Assembly: GCF_009914755.1 (NCBI RefSeq)
Contig: NC_060933.1
DNA: 64,000 bases
Reading direction: 5' to 3' (one strand)
From: the human T2T-CHM13v2.0 reference genome, Homo sapiens
The notes beneath the pieces were generated by a model that ran no database searches, was not told the DNA's origin, and worked only from the letters and a program-made list of their open reading frames with translations. The translations under genes and the position numbers were made by a program. Shown in pieces: positions 14,681 to 36,371 of this stretch; positions within the stretch are counted from its first letter, which is position 1; every line of letters starts with the position of its first letter.

Positions 14681-16367
14681 TTTTCACATGTCTTTCAAGA
14701 CAACACATATATTAGCTGAGAATCTGGGTACAATTTAACAGAGGAAATGATCAGGAAGTTAATTGAGTCTGTAGTCAAGGGCAGCAATGCTACTCAATGC
14801 CAGCAATCAAGTAGGCCTTACAATCAGAGTTTGGAGTGCCTATAGCATCAGCAGAAATGATGTGGCACCCATCAGCAAAGGGCGATGTACTTGTTTCTGG
14901 GAATATGGCTTATGCCAACTGAATGGCCAGTGGGACGTAGCAACCACAGACTTTGGAAGTGGTGTTAAAAAAAACACCTGTGATTAAGTATAGATTAACT
15001 ATACCTTAGTGATGTCATCTAAGGATCTAAGGACTGAAGGACCTGACCAGTGGAGACCAACACAGATACTCATATGTCCCAAGAAACTCTCTCCACCCAC
15101 CCAATGCCATGAATTTACATGAGCCCTCATATGCCCAAATTCCACCTTGGAAAACATTAGCGAGAGGACATGAAAATCTGGAAGACAACACTTACTGGAA
15201 AAGATCTCATCTAAAATAGGCTATTAAACCCGTTAGAGATTAGGCCACTGACTTACATTTGGGTATTTCCAAATCTAGCAAATACTTCTGTATTAGTTTT
15301 GACTAAAAATGGAATTACAAGCAGGTAGTCATTTCCTATAACATCTCCAATACTAGAGGTTGTTGACGATACTGAAAAGAAAAATGATTAATTCATTTTC
15401 ATGATATTTTCTAGGCTCTAAAGCAGGGATCTTAAAAATCAGAGCAGCCAAATGCTTCTACTCTGTAGGATTAATCTATGGCAACATCTTAATGAGTCTT
15501 GCTTATCTGGTGCCTATCTTCACACATGTTGACACCTATACATATTGGGTAAATTATGATATGATAAAGCTAAAAGTGCTGATCATAGGTAATGATAAAT
15601 ATCATTTGCACAAACAGATTAATTCACGCAGAATTGACATATCTGACTCCTTGGCCACATTTACCATTGATGCTGTTATGTTTGACTGTAGATATCAGAT
15701 TCATTTGACATTCGAAATGTCATTTAATACAACTCAGAGGAAAGGGTGAAATAAAAATAAAGGGTCTATTGGCTCTCATATTTCTAGTAACTATTAGAAG
15801 AAGTAGTAAACAGAAGTTCATATCTCATGGCTACAAGCAGAATGTTTCCCTGTACAGTCATACAACTTTATCAATGCTGTATTCCAAATGCCTTTTTATT
15901 AGATTTGAGTCACTGCACTTAAGATCTGGGAACATTGACCAGCTCCATCTGGCTGGCCTTTGTATCTGTGAACAAAGTAGAGAAATACACAAAGGTTAAT
16001 AATTTTTTTTGGGGGGGAAGCTGAGAAAAAAGGGTCACTATTATGAAGTTTGAGCCTAAACTTTTTGGATATATTAACATTAAATACAACATGTATCAGT
16101 AAACATTTAGATTTTATAAATTATATATTTTAATAATTTTTATTATGTATTTATTTGAAAAAATCAGTTTTATACCATATTCTATTTTGAGATATTGCAT
16201 TCTAATAAATAGTGGTGAGTTCATATGGCTAAAAGTGTCATAAAGAAATGCTTAGGGGTGAACTTTCCTATTGTAAGTATTTTCCTTGTATTTTGTAATC
16301 TGATTTTAAGCTATGGTGATCGGTTGTGCACTAATAATGGTATTTCTCAAAGGAAGAAATAGTATAA

Positions 16368-16718
<351 letters not shown>

Positions 16719-17385
16719 AAAATTAATTCTTTTCTATGGACACATTAGGGCATTTTTCTGGTTCTACCAACATAAACGGTAGCTAGTGTTTTGAGAAAGC
16801 ATTACTAAGTAGATCAGGATTCCAATGCTGGAGAAATATAAGGAGAAATAATAAAAAGTCGTGTTTAGTCTTTCTACCGCTTTTCTGTTTGCAAGAAAAA
16901 AGATTGTCTTCTCAATGATCCTTTTGACAAAGTTAAATGTTAATAAAACTATCACATCTATTATTTAATTCATTGGACTTTCTATTTGAATGTTTCACTG
17001 ACAGCAAGGAGTATACCGCTCTACAAACTTTCAATGAGGAAAGTATATTGCTCTACCAAGTCATTAATAAAGTAGTGTTTTGGCAGGCCATGAGAGTTAA
17101 TTTGAACATTTTCTGGCAAGAGAGAAAAAGAGGGCAAAACAAATACCTATGTCCAATTAGACCGTATCAAATCTCTTTGGACCATACTGTGAATCTCATT
17201 GCCACCCCTGTTTACTAACTTGGCACCCTTAGAGTAGAATATGATGGTTATAACCTTATAGGACATGTAACTGAGAAAGTTCAATGAATGATTAAGATTA
17301 GAGACAGAATAATTCCAAGAACAGACTATTGTTTTGACAAAGTGGAGAGTCAGTGTAGTTTACTGTAAACTGTGTGCATGCACCC

Positions 17386-17407
17386 GTGTGTGTGTGTGTG
17401 TGTGTGT
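17386..17407. repeat. (TG)n microsatellite
   Basis: Direct observation. Confidence 0.9.
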
Positions 17408-17910
17408 ATAATCTTGTTTTCTCAGTCTTTTGTGTAAATAATCTTGGAGAAAAGAGTTTTCTATAGGAGATAATTGGGAAGAAAAAATAGTTTAATTTTG
17501 TCTCAAAAAACACAGAAAAAATAGTTTAATTTTATTAGCACTTTCTTCTTTGGATTATATTTCAGATTTTAGTAATCTGGTTTTTTATCAAATGATATTT
17601 AGAAATTACAATTTTAGGTTAAATATTAATGCAATATTTTTGAAAACAAAGTAGTCAAATCCTAATTTTGAGAGCTTTACTTTTTTACTGACTTTGCCTT
17701 TTTGGAATGTGCTTATCAAACATTTAAAAGCCTATCTATTTTGCAAAATTGCATATGCATGCAATTTGAAATGCAGCATATTTACAGTTGTAGGGCCATT
17801 TTACTAAATTTATTATCTGGAACTCAACCTTAACCTGGAAGACCCATATGTAAGGATTTAATAATAAATTATTGTAAATCAAGAGTATTCAAATCATACT
17901 TTTTGGGTCA

Positions 17911-19156
17911 AATTTTTATAATGATGTAAAATTCGTGTAACATAAAATTAACCATTCACCATTTTAAGTGTATAATTCAGTGGCATTTAGCACGTTAACA
18001 TTGCTGTGCAGCTATCACTTCCAGCTAGTGCCAAGTTATTTTCATCAACCCTAAAGGAAACCACATGTCCTTTAAGCAGTTACTCCCTATTTCTCCCTTG
18101 CCCAGCTCCTGGCAACCACTAGTCTGTTCTCCATTTCCATAGACTTACCTTTTCTGGGTGTTTCGTATAAATCAGATCAAACAATATGTGACCTTTTGTG
18201 TCTCGCTTCTTTCACTTAGCCTAATGTTTTTAAAGTTCATCCATGTTATAGCATATATCAGTACTTCATTTTTTTAGAGTGGAATAATATTTTATTATGA
18301 ATAGACCTCATTTTGCTTATCTCATTCTTTCATTGATGGATATTTGGGTTGCCTCCGACTCTTGGTTATTGAAAATAGTACTGCTATGAAATCAGTGTGC
18401 AAATATCTCTTTGAGATCCTGTGTTCAGTACCTTTGGTTATATACTGTACTAATCTAGGTTATCCAGTTAATATAAGGAATTGGCTTATGTGCTATGGAG
18501 GCTGAGAAGCTGAAGATCTAAAGTCGACAATCTGGAGACCCAGGAGAGATGATGGTATGGTTATGGTCTAAGTTTCAAGGCTTCAGACCCAGGAGACCCA
18601 GTGGCATAAATTTCAATCTAAAGACAGGAGAAGACCAACGTGTCAGCTCAAAGACAGGAAGAAAGAAGAAATTCTTTTTTGGTCAGCTTCTTATTCTATT
18701 CTGGCCTTCATAGAATGCATGAGGCCCACACACGTTGCAAATGGCAATCTGATTTACTCAGTTTATCAATTCAAATGTTAATTTCATCCAGAAACATCCT
18801 CATGGACACATCTAGAAATATTTAACCAGATATCTGAGTACTCCATAGCACAGTGTAGCTGACATATAAAATTAACCATAAGAAGTGGGATTGTTAGATC
18901 ATATGGTAGTTCTGTCTTGAATTTTTTGAGGAACTGGCATACTGTTTTCCATAGCAGTTATCATTTTATTTACATTGGTTTTATTTGCATTCCTCTAATG
19001 ATTAGTGATATTGAGCATCTTTTTATATGCTTGTTGGCCATTTGTATATCATCTTAGGAGAAATGTCTCCTGAAGCCCCTTTCTCCATTTTTTAATGAGG
19101 TTATTTGATTTTTTTTCTTGTTTAATTGTAGTTCTTTAGATTGTCTGAATATTAAC

Positions 19157-19207
<51 letters not shown>

Positions 19208-19905
19208 AATCTTCTCTCCCATGTCATAAGTTACTTTTATATTCTGTTGATTGTGCCATTGGTACAGAAAACCTTTTAAGTTTGATGTAATCTCATTTGT
19301 CTATTTTCGCTTTTGTTGCTTGTGATTTTGGAGGCATATCCAAGAAATCATTGCCGAATCTAATATTGTGAAGTTTTCTTCCATGTTTCCTTCTGGGAGT
19401 TGTATAGATTTGCATCCTACAGTTAGGCTTTTAATCCATCTGAGTTAACTTTTGTATATGGTGTAAGATAAGCCCCTACCTTTACTCATTTGCATGCAGA
19501 TATTCAGTTTTTCCAACACCGTTTTTAAAGAGACTGCCCTTTCCCCATCGAGTGATTTTGTTATCCTTATCTGACATCACCAAATATTTGATTGTTTCTT
19601 TCCAGGCCCTCTGTTTTATCACATTGGTCTATATACCTGTCTTTATGCCAGAAATATATTGGTTTTGATTACTGTAGTTTTATAACATATTATAAAGTCA
19701 GGAAAGTGTGAGTCCTTTAACTTTTTCTTCAAGATTGTCTTAGCTATTTTGGGTCCTTGAAATTTCACATGAATTTTAGAATGGACTTTTCTATTTCTGT
19801 AAAAAAAAAGACATTAGGATTTTTATCGGGATTGCTTAAATCTATAGATTACTTTGAGGAGTATTGACATGTCAACAATATTAAGTATTTTAATCCATGA
19901 CCATA
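17911..19905 (-). mobile_element. L1MB-like 3' region with nested MLT2-like LTR (~18447-18880) and (TA)n (~19159-19204)
   Basis: L1MB 3' end motif aagtgtataattcagtggcatttag; MLT2-like ggaggctgagaag...aaattaacca. Confidence 0.8.
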
Positions 19906-20799
19906 GAAGGCCTAAATTATACTTGTTGAGAGATGGTGCTTTTAAGTCATCATTTGTTTTTGTCTGGTAATTAGCTGAATCATTACTGTCACTTTACAAT
20001 TGCTGCCCATTTCTTTGAGGAATCTGAGAGAAAAATTACAAGACAGTTTGGCTAGAAAACCAGAGATCACAACCAAAGTTCTGTTTATGGAGCCTCATTT
20101 CCTCCACCGGCTCTCGGTGACACTGCCTTCTCCAGGTCCTTGTGCCAGGCCTACCTCTGACCAGACTTGCTCAGTTTTCTTTCTATACCTCTGTCTCTGC
20201 TGTGGTCAACTACTTCTTTATAATATAGTTTTTATTAATTTTCATCATTTTTGAGAGTCTGAAACTTAGTGTGCAATCTAACAAATATTTTTAGTAGTTA
20301 AATTAATGAAGTACCTTAAAATCATAAAAGTAACTAAAATTTAAACTGTTATTCAATAGTAAGAAAGTGGTTGACATTATATTTACTGAAACCCCAGACT
20401 TATTTATTGAATTTCATCTTATCACTTTTCTGAACTATGAAGGAGATAGTGGTGTTAATTACATATGAAATTCTTGGTTCAGGTTATGATATTTGAAATT
20501 TTTCTAATCCTTAGTAAAATTTCTGCAAGTGTAATAAACTCTGGTATATTTTTTTCCCACAGTTCATATATTTGAAAGGATTCATCAGATTACACAAAGT
20601 GTACTTTTTTTTTTTACAAAAATGCAAATTATGTGATACAGCAAGAGAAGGAAAAAGCAAGCAAACATTGGGAGTACAAGAGACATTTTGACATCCCAAC
20701 TCTCCAGGGCCACCTTCTTTTCATACACGGGACCAGGCTGTGTCTCTAATTTGAACCTCTAAGATCTGGACCAGGAATTTTGGCTTTGTGGGAGTTCAG

Positions 20800-21885
20800 A
20801 GAAGCCCTTATAGGGGTGTTATAAGTTCCTGTAGTCATATAAGCAAGCCACGCTTTTCACCTGGTTATGTCAGTGGCAAACCATTAGTAAAGAAAGTAAG
20901 TATTAAAGTCTCCGGGTCAGAACATAAACAGAATTACATAAATCTTACTGACCCTAGCTTAGCCAAGAGTAAAAAAACCAGACATCCAGGTGTTTCCAGA
21001 TTCAAAGACAGGTTTTTCAGCCCAGTTACAAATCCATTTTATCTACATACACATCTTGAAAACCTAAGAAAGTAGGAGGGTCCATAGTAAAGATTTTTTT
21101 TTTTTTTTTGACAAGTTCTCACTCTGTCACCCAGGCTGGAGTGTAGCAGCATGATCAGAGCTCTCTGCAGCCTCAATCTCCTGGACTCAAGGGACCCTCT
21201 CGCCTCAACCTCCTGAATAGCTGGGACAATAGTCATGTGCCACCATGAGATAACGTTTTATTTTTTTGTAGAAATGGGGCCTATGTTGCCCAGGCTAGTC
21301 TTGCCTAAAGAAAGGTCTGGGTTTTACCCTTGGCTTCTTGGAGGTAATCTCTAGCTCTTGGAACATCATGCCTGATAGGAACATCTTTGCTTTCCTGGGG
21401 ACCTTGAGCCAGCAAGATATTAACAATGTGATTTAAAGTGGGGTTGGAGCTTTGAGTCACAGGCTACATGTCCTATAGGTCTGAAAACTTAAGACAGCCA
21501 CATGCACAGTCAACTATCTAGTAATGGATAAGACTCTGGACATCAAGGCTCAGGTGAGCATCCCTGCTTGGCAGTACTACCTAAGCAATGTCACACATTG
21601 ATGCCAGGAAATGCTGTCCTGATTCCACAGGGAGAGAACAATAGGAAGCTTCACATTTGGTACTGTCTTGGGCTTTTCTCTATGCTTCCCTTTTCTTGAC
21701 TGATATTAATCTGTATTCTTTCACTGTAATAAATCATAACCATGAGTCTAACACATTTCAGTGAGTTCTGTGAGCCCTTCTAGTGAATTACCAAACCTGA
21801 AAGTAGTTTTGGGAATCCCTTGAACTTGCAACTGGTGTTAGAAGTGAGAGTGGCCTTGTAGACTATGCTCCCTTTAACTTTCACA
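20800..21885 (+). mobile_element. MER21-like LTR containing an old Alu fragment (21093-21302, -)
   Basis: ggaggtaatctctagctcttggaacatcatgcctgatagg and gtaataaatcataaccatgagt motifs. Confidence 0.65.
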
Positions 21886-22219
21886 GGAGGTAAAAGATGG
21901 TCTTCTTTAAATCCCCCACATTCTGTATTTTATAATAAGAACACAGGACTGTTATCCTATATGATAGGCCGACATAGAGATTTCAGCAGGATGTGCCGGG
22001 GAAGCGTTGGAAGTACAGATTGGATGAATAAGAAATCATAGAATTGGCTCCAATCATGAAAGCTAAGGATAGAAGATTGAAGAGTATGGATGTTTGTTCT
22101 TTACCAAACAACTTAATCATTTAGAAGAGTAAAATATCAAAAATATTTACATGATATAATATAAAGGTACCTTTGGCAACTTGAAAGAGGAGATCTAAAT
22201 GCATATAGAAAGAGAATCA

Positions 22220-22990
<771 letters not shown>

Positions 22991-23417
22991 TCTTTTTAAA
23001 ACTGCATACTTATAAATGCACATTTTTGTTATCATTAGGCTTTTAGGCTTTTGTTTACTTCTTGAACAAGTTTGAGTCAATAGAGCCTCATGACCCTTTT
23101 ATATGCCAGCACGTTTTTCTCTAAAAATCTCTCACAGTACTACTTACAAGTTGTATTATCTGGTTTTCTTCTTCTTTTATAGATTGTAAATTTATTGAGG
23201 AAGGGCCTAGATACACAAGTAGCCCATAGTTAGTGCTCCAGTTCAAAACATTCCTGTCATAGTTCAGTAGTTAAAAAAAAAAAAATCAGTCTTCCAGTAA
23301 AGGGAAGTATGGTTTCTCTGACCAAAAGCGAATCTCTGTGTCCCTTGAGTTACCTATTTTTATTACTAGAATATTTATTTTCAAAGTATAATTTTCAGAA
23401 ATTAAAAATATGTTGCA

Positions 23418-23729
<312 letters not shown>

Positions 23730-24181
23730 TTAGAATTTTTTCTAAGGAAAAAAAATATTCTCAGTAAAATTAGGTTCAGAGGAAATAAGGAAACAGCTCC
23801 TGGACCAATGATGTGACATTCCTGAGCTGTTGTTTCTCTTCTGGACTTCTATCTGCCCAGAGTTCTTCCACAGGATCTCTGTGAAACTCAAATTAGAGAA
23901 TGTATGGGAAAACTTTCTAAATTATGAAGTATTAAATTGTGAGAAACATGTCAGGAATCACTATTCCTAGGTGCTTCCCCAGGTGCCTCACCCTAATGGG
24001 ATTCAGACCTACTTAGAGGAACAAAAATATAGAGACAAACACTTCCCTCACACATGTAGGTGGATTTTAAAGGTCCCGCAATGAGATTAATGATCATTGC
24101 ACATGTCAGATGCCCCCTTTCACACTTATTTTAAATTCATTTTTTCAGTCCATGTTAATTATGGAAGTCCCTTCCCCGTAA

Positions 24182-24646
<465 letters not shown>

Positions 24647-25754
24647 TTATCCTTGAAAATAATTTGTAAAACATGGTGGCAACATTTTGAATTATTCTTA
24701 TTTGAGTACACAGATTGTTTACCAAATACTTTCAACAAATTAAACAAAATGTGAAATTGCAATTTGACCTCTGCAACTGTCTTTCTCATCTATGATTTTA
24801 TCACTTTTATAAGATCCTTGATAAGATTTCTCATGGAACATGTGGATCAGCAAAGAACATTCTTATTTTTTCCACTTCCTTGTTTTTTTCCACTTTGTCA
24901 TAGATTATTGTATTTCACTTTATTTAAGCTGTGTCCTCTAGCAGGCGTAGCTCTGGGGGCACCGCTGAGCCTGTTGGCATCTGTTAACATGGCTGTGGGA
25001 TGTGATGAGTCATGGATTGTCCTGGACATTACACAGTCCATTGACTTTGGGTACAATAATATGTTCTTGTTTTACGTTGGCTGTACTATGATATTACTAA
25101 AAGGAAGGTGTTCCTTCTTAATTCCAATACATTTCATTTCCATTTTGTGAGATCTGTCTTTGTAGTTCTTTGCCTCCTTTCTCTTCCCATGGTTCTCCTT
25201 CATATTCTAGACTTTTTTTTTTTTCAGCCTGAGGGGGAAGGACATTTCTTTGTGGAAAATAAATAAATGACATAACACATTAAATAATTCAAACTTGGCT
25301 CAGGTGAAGTGTTTACAGTCACAGAGTCTTGTACTATCCTTAACCAGAGTAATTTAAATTATACCCATGTTAGTATTTAAGTAACTAAAATATTACTCCC
25401 TTTGTGAACATCAAATCAACATTTTACCTGAATTCTGGGATTATCAGGATACAAAGCATTTTAGGTATGTTACAGGTTATTTTTTTAGCAATCTCGAAAG
25501 TCTTTTTCCTACTTCAAAATTTGACAGTATAAGAGAAGCCTTTTTCTGTGAGATTCTTTAAGATCAAATATATGTCAAACTCTCAGATAATATCTTCCAG
25601 CTTGAAATAACAAATATTACAGATCAGTACAATACAGCCTTAGCTGCTGGTGAGACAATCTCTTTGATATTGAGAAAGTTTGAAAGTATGTCATACATCA
25701 GTATAAGAATAGATGCTCCTTGGTAAGGAGTAGTAGAATTCTGGGTAAACTGTA

Positions 25755-30415
<4,661 letters not shown>

Positions 30416-30899
30416 CTTTAATGAGTGAAATAAATTAATAAAATCAGAAACAGGACATATTTTATAATATAAATATACAATATCTTAAGAAGAACAATTT
30501 GGATGCTGGCATGAATGTTAATCCTTCTCTTTTAGCAAAAACGTTTCCACATTATTAATAGCGCTCCCTCTATCAGGGAGTGCCAAAGTAGCGTTCTTTT
30601 AGTATTGGAGACCCAGCTCTTAGTGTTTAGGTTTATGTATATCTGCTCTGCTTCTGAACAGTACATTACTTCAGAGTTAATTATTTTATTACCTACTTCT
30701 AAAAGAAGCAGTAGCTTCTAGTTTGGCATAATTGTCAACTGCTTACATTTAAAATAATACAACATAATTTAATGTCTGACTGTGATAAATGCCTGTGAGA
30801 TTTGCCTCCAGATGCAGGCACTGGTACCCCCTTACTGGGCATCCTCCTCTCATACTCTGTTCTCCAAAGACCCTCAAACCTTTTCTTCCCATGGAGGAG

Positions 30900-31251
30900 T
30901 ATATTAGTCTGTTTTCAGACTGCTCATAAAGACATACCCGAGACTGGGTAATTTATAAAGGAAAGAGGTTTAATTGACCCACAGTTCCACGTGGCTGAGG
31001 AGGCCTCAGAATTATGGTGGAAGAGCAAGGGATGCTTTTCCCAGGCAGAGAGAAAGAGAACCAAGTGAAAGGGGTTTCCCCTTATAAAACCATCAGATCT
31101 TGTGAGACTTATTCACTACCACAAGAACAGTATGGGGGAAACCACCCCCATGATTCAATTATCTCCCACTGAGTCCCTCCCACAATATGTGGGAATTATG
31201 GGAGCTACAATTCAAGATGAGATTTGAATGGGGACACAGCCAAACCCTAGC
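30900..31251 (-). mobile_element. THE1 solo LTR
   Basis: ataaagacatacccgagactgggtaatttataaaggaaagaggtttaattgac...gggacacagccaaacc. Confidence 0.9.
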
Positions 31252-33509
31252 AAGGCGTTCTTGTAAAGGAGTGGCATCAAATCCTCCTTACTTGCTCATT
31301 GTCATGATCCTGCATTTAATTGATGGGGCAATTCCACATAGTACAGTATCCCTGTAACTCTGCAATTCCCCTGAATATAGAGAGCATCCAGGTGAAACTG
31401 TACCAAGTATCCATTAAAAGAAGACAAAATAACAATTTAAAAAGTGTAAGAATGAAAATTTTTGTTTTCTCAGCCATCATATAAGCATTTGTATTATATA
31501 CACTTGTAGCCAAATATTATGGAGTCAGGTTTGTTAGAGATTTAAAACATGATATAATTGTAACGTATCATATTTAAGAAAATAAGTGATTCTGTACCAG
31601 CTACTTGAATTGGACATATTTGATTTTTTTAATGCTAAGCTGTAAATAATTTATACATTTTATAAATATGTAGTATGAGTTTCAACTCAAATTCTTTGAG
31701 AACAATTCCCTAAATGGAAACATTAAAAGTCATGGAATGCAGTAAAAAGGAAATTACCAAAAACACCTACAAAACATAAAGATGAAATTCAAGTGGTCCA
31801 ATGGATAGGAAAATGTCCTGGAGTTGAGAAAATTAAGGACCTTAAAAAATTATTGATCAAGTGGCTTCACCCAAGATTACCACTTTTTTAAAAACAGGAT
31901 ATGAGAAGATTTAAATGATGTAGTTCAGAACACTTAGAAATGTATCTCATGGCTTTAAACAGGATAGACTCTTAAAAACAAATGGTCAGATTAACACCTT
32001 ACGCTGTCCTGAATCCTGTTCAAATGGGATTTCAAGCATTTATGAGCACATCATGGTAGTAAGAAACTGGAAGAAACTGCAACCTTTAACATGAGGATGT
32101 TTGCAAAATGGTGCAAAGTTGGAAGAAGAATAGAAATTACAGAAACATCTCTGTATAGCATTATAATTGCTAAATGTGTATATTTAGCACTTGATTTTAT
32201 AGATGAAAAATTGAAACTTAATTTAAGAATAAACGTCTTTATTATTTCTATTTATAGATAGAGAACAGGAATGGAGAATTCAAATGACTCACCAAAGTCA
32301 CACGGTAATTTTAAATGTTGAAAATGTGACCCAGATCAGACTCCAATTTTGTGGGTCTCCTTATCTATGTTCTGCCTTCCAGAATCAGGAATAGTCCCTA
32401 CTGACCTCTCAGTAAAAGTGGTGACAATGCTAAAATACAAGGTCCTTAATGTAGATTTGAGATTTTCTAAATAAGTTACTTTTTTTTTTTTAGAAATAAT
32501 TTGACAAAAGTGACATTCATTTTTTTCAACAGACGTTATTTGAGTGCTTATTTTATGTCCCTGGGTCTGAATATTTTCTTTGTAGTTATTTAAAGTAATG
32601 AATAAGCAGAAGCAGATATAGATTACCAATTTACATAAAGTAATGTGTTTGTTAATGGGTGTACCTCTAAATTAATATACTGGATTCTTTCAGATAAATA
32701 TCATTTCACTGTTTTAATAGATAAACAGATGAACTCTATTAGGGGTTAAATAACATTGCCAACGTCATACAGCAAATAGTTGATCCAGACTTGGAACACA
32801 AGTCAGCAAAGATTGCGAATCCCTTAATTTTCAGCGATGTCACACTGAGTGACAGGATCTCACAGTTTCACTAACAGAAAAGTTGTTGACATATGTATAC
32901 TTTAAATTTAATTGTTCATAAGAAACTAACAATTTACATAGACTTGAAATGAATCAGGCATCTAGAAATAAAATGTACTTAAATATGCAATGATGGTCAT
33001 TTTGGGGACAAAGAGTAAATTTAGTGGCTTACCAGCCACTAAAAATGGGTTTCTGCTGGCTAGAGATGAGACTCAGCCGTGGAATGGGCAGGAAGATTTT
33101 AAACGAATGTTCCGCATCCTGTGCATTGGACACAAGACCAGAGCGCTTCAGGCAGTTGCATAATCCATTACTCCTGGCCACTCACACAGATGGAAGTTAT
33201 GAAGGGACAAAAAAGTGTGGTATAGAGAATATGGTTTCTGTACTCAGAGACATCTGGATATGAATTCCAATTTCCCCACTCACCCACTGTTTGTTTGAGT
33301 AAGTAATGCTAATCCTTAGTTTCCTAACTTGTAAAATTTGGGTAGTAAGAGCTAGCCATAGTGTTATAAAATAATATATATGAAACTCCTACACAGGCCC
33401 AATACACCGTAGGCACTCGGTCCAAAACCCCCACGGTGTTCCAGATGCTTAGCTCACTCCTTTCCTTACAGGCATCTGGAGATGGAGAGCCCCTCATAAT
33501 AAAAGCTGA

Positions 33510-33803
<294 letters not shown>

Positions 33804-33984
33804 TGACTTCTATTAAGGGCTTATCACATGACCATAGGTAAAGGAGGGCAAAAATTATCGTTCATTTTACTTCCTTAAATAGGCGATACAAACGAAACAG
33901 CGATAAATTCATTGCTTAGGTTTTCCAGAAAAGTTTTTATAGTTTCAGGAATGGCATCTCAAAGGAAAGATAATTCTATGAACT

Positions 33985-35311
33985 TACCACAGTTTGTTTA
34001 ACCATTCACTATAGGAAAACATTTGGGTTATTTCCAGCTTTTGGTTAATACAAATAAAGCCACTATGAACAACTGTACACATGTTTTCATGTGAACAGAA
34101 ATGTTCCATTTCTCTGTAATACTGTAATGCCTAAAACTTTTATTGCTGGGCTGTATGATACGTGTTTAGTTTTATTTAAAAAAAACACATAATTTTATGA
34201 AAGCACCGTCTATTTTATAAACACCACGTAGTCTTAAGTCCTGAAGACTTTCTCCTATGTTTATTTTTCTAAAATATTTATAGTTTTAGGCCAGGTGCGG
34301 TGGCTCACACCTGTAGTCCTAGCATTTAGGAAGGCTGAGGAGGGCGGATCACCTGAGGTCAGGAATTACCGCGACCAGCCTGGCCAACAAGGTGAAACTC
34401 CGTCTCTAGTAAAGATGCAAAGATGAGCCGGGCGTGGTGGTGGGCGCCTGTAATCCCATCTGCTCGGGAGGCTGAGGCAGGATAATTGCTTGAACCCGGA
34501 GGCGGAGGTGGCAGTGAGCCGAGATGGCGCCACTGCAGTCCAGCCGGGGAGAATTTGTGATCCATTTTTAGTTCATTTTTGGTAAGATGTGAGGTTAAAT
34601 GTAAAGTTCATTATTTTATCCATGGATGCATAATAATTGTCCCAACACAATTTATTGAAAGGTTACCCTTCCTCCATGTAATTGTTTTTACAGATTCATT
34701 GGGCATAATTGTGTGGGTCTGTTTTTGGATTTGCTACTCTGTTCCTGGGTTCTAGGCGTCTCTGCCTCTGCCAGCAACACATTGCATTGTTTTCTGTAGA
34801 CATATAGCCACACCAGGCACAGGGATTCCTCTCACTTTACTCTTTTTGAAAATTGTTTTCACTATTTTTGGTCCTGTGCCTTTCCATATACGTTTTAGAA
34901 TAAACTTGTTTATGTCTACAAAACATTTTGTTGGGACTTTCGTAAAAATTGTACTAAATCTGTAGGTCAACTTTTGAAGTACTGACATCTTTAATATGTT
35001 GAAATTTCCAATTCATGAACATGATATATATCCATTTATTTAGGTCTCCTTTGATTCTTTTCATCAGCATTTTCTAAATTTTAGGATACAGATCTTTTAT
35101 GTATTTTGTTAAAATTTGTACATAATTTCGTACCTAAATATTTCCTTTTCTATGAGATAATTTTAAATCATATTGTGTTTTAAAGTCCATCTCCACATGT
35201 CTGTCGTTAGTATGTTTTTGTGTGTTGATCTTATATCCTAAAAACTTGCTGAATTCACTTAACTAGTTCTACTCAGAAAATCATGTCATCTACAAACTGG
35301 GAGTGTTTTAA

Positions 35312-35312
<1 letters not shown>
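33985..35312 (-). mobile_element. L1MC/MD-like fragments with tail-less Alu 34289-34550 (+)
   Basis: ORF2 remnant 34752-34988 (LTYRFSTI...FILKRIWK). Confidence 0.75.

Positions 35313-36371
<1,059 letters not shown>

Noticed and set aside
17147-17270. Longer 124-nt version of this exon using the GTATTT donor
   Set aside because: Would leave a 34-nt intron before the strong 17112 acceptor; the GTTAGT donor at 17219 fits better.
22105-22194. 90-nt AG/GT-bounded hydrophobic segment within the fossil gene span
   Set aside because: Stops in all three frames, no motif match, and adjacent to L2 sequence; insufficient support.
32280-32340. Minus-strand GTGAGT donor at ~32292
   Set aside because: Part of an MIR core (gtgtgactttgg..gtcatt), not an exon end.
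32628-32699. 72-nt LRR-like reading FI*KNPVY*FRGTPINKHITLCKL as an extra exon of the fossil
   Set aside because: No proper acceptor, and it abuts or overlaps an MIR-like segment (~32700-32800); excluded from the exon list though not disproved.
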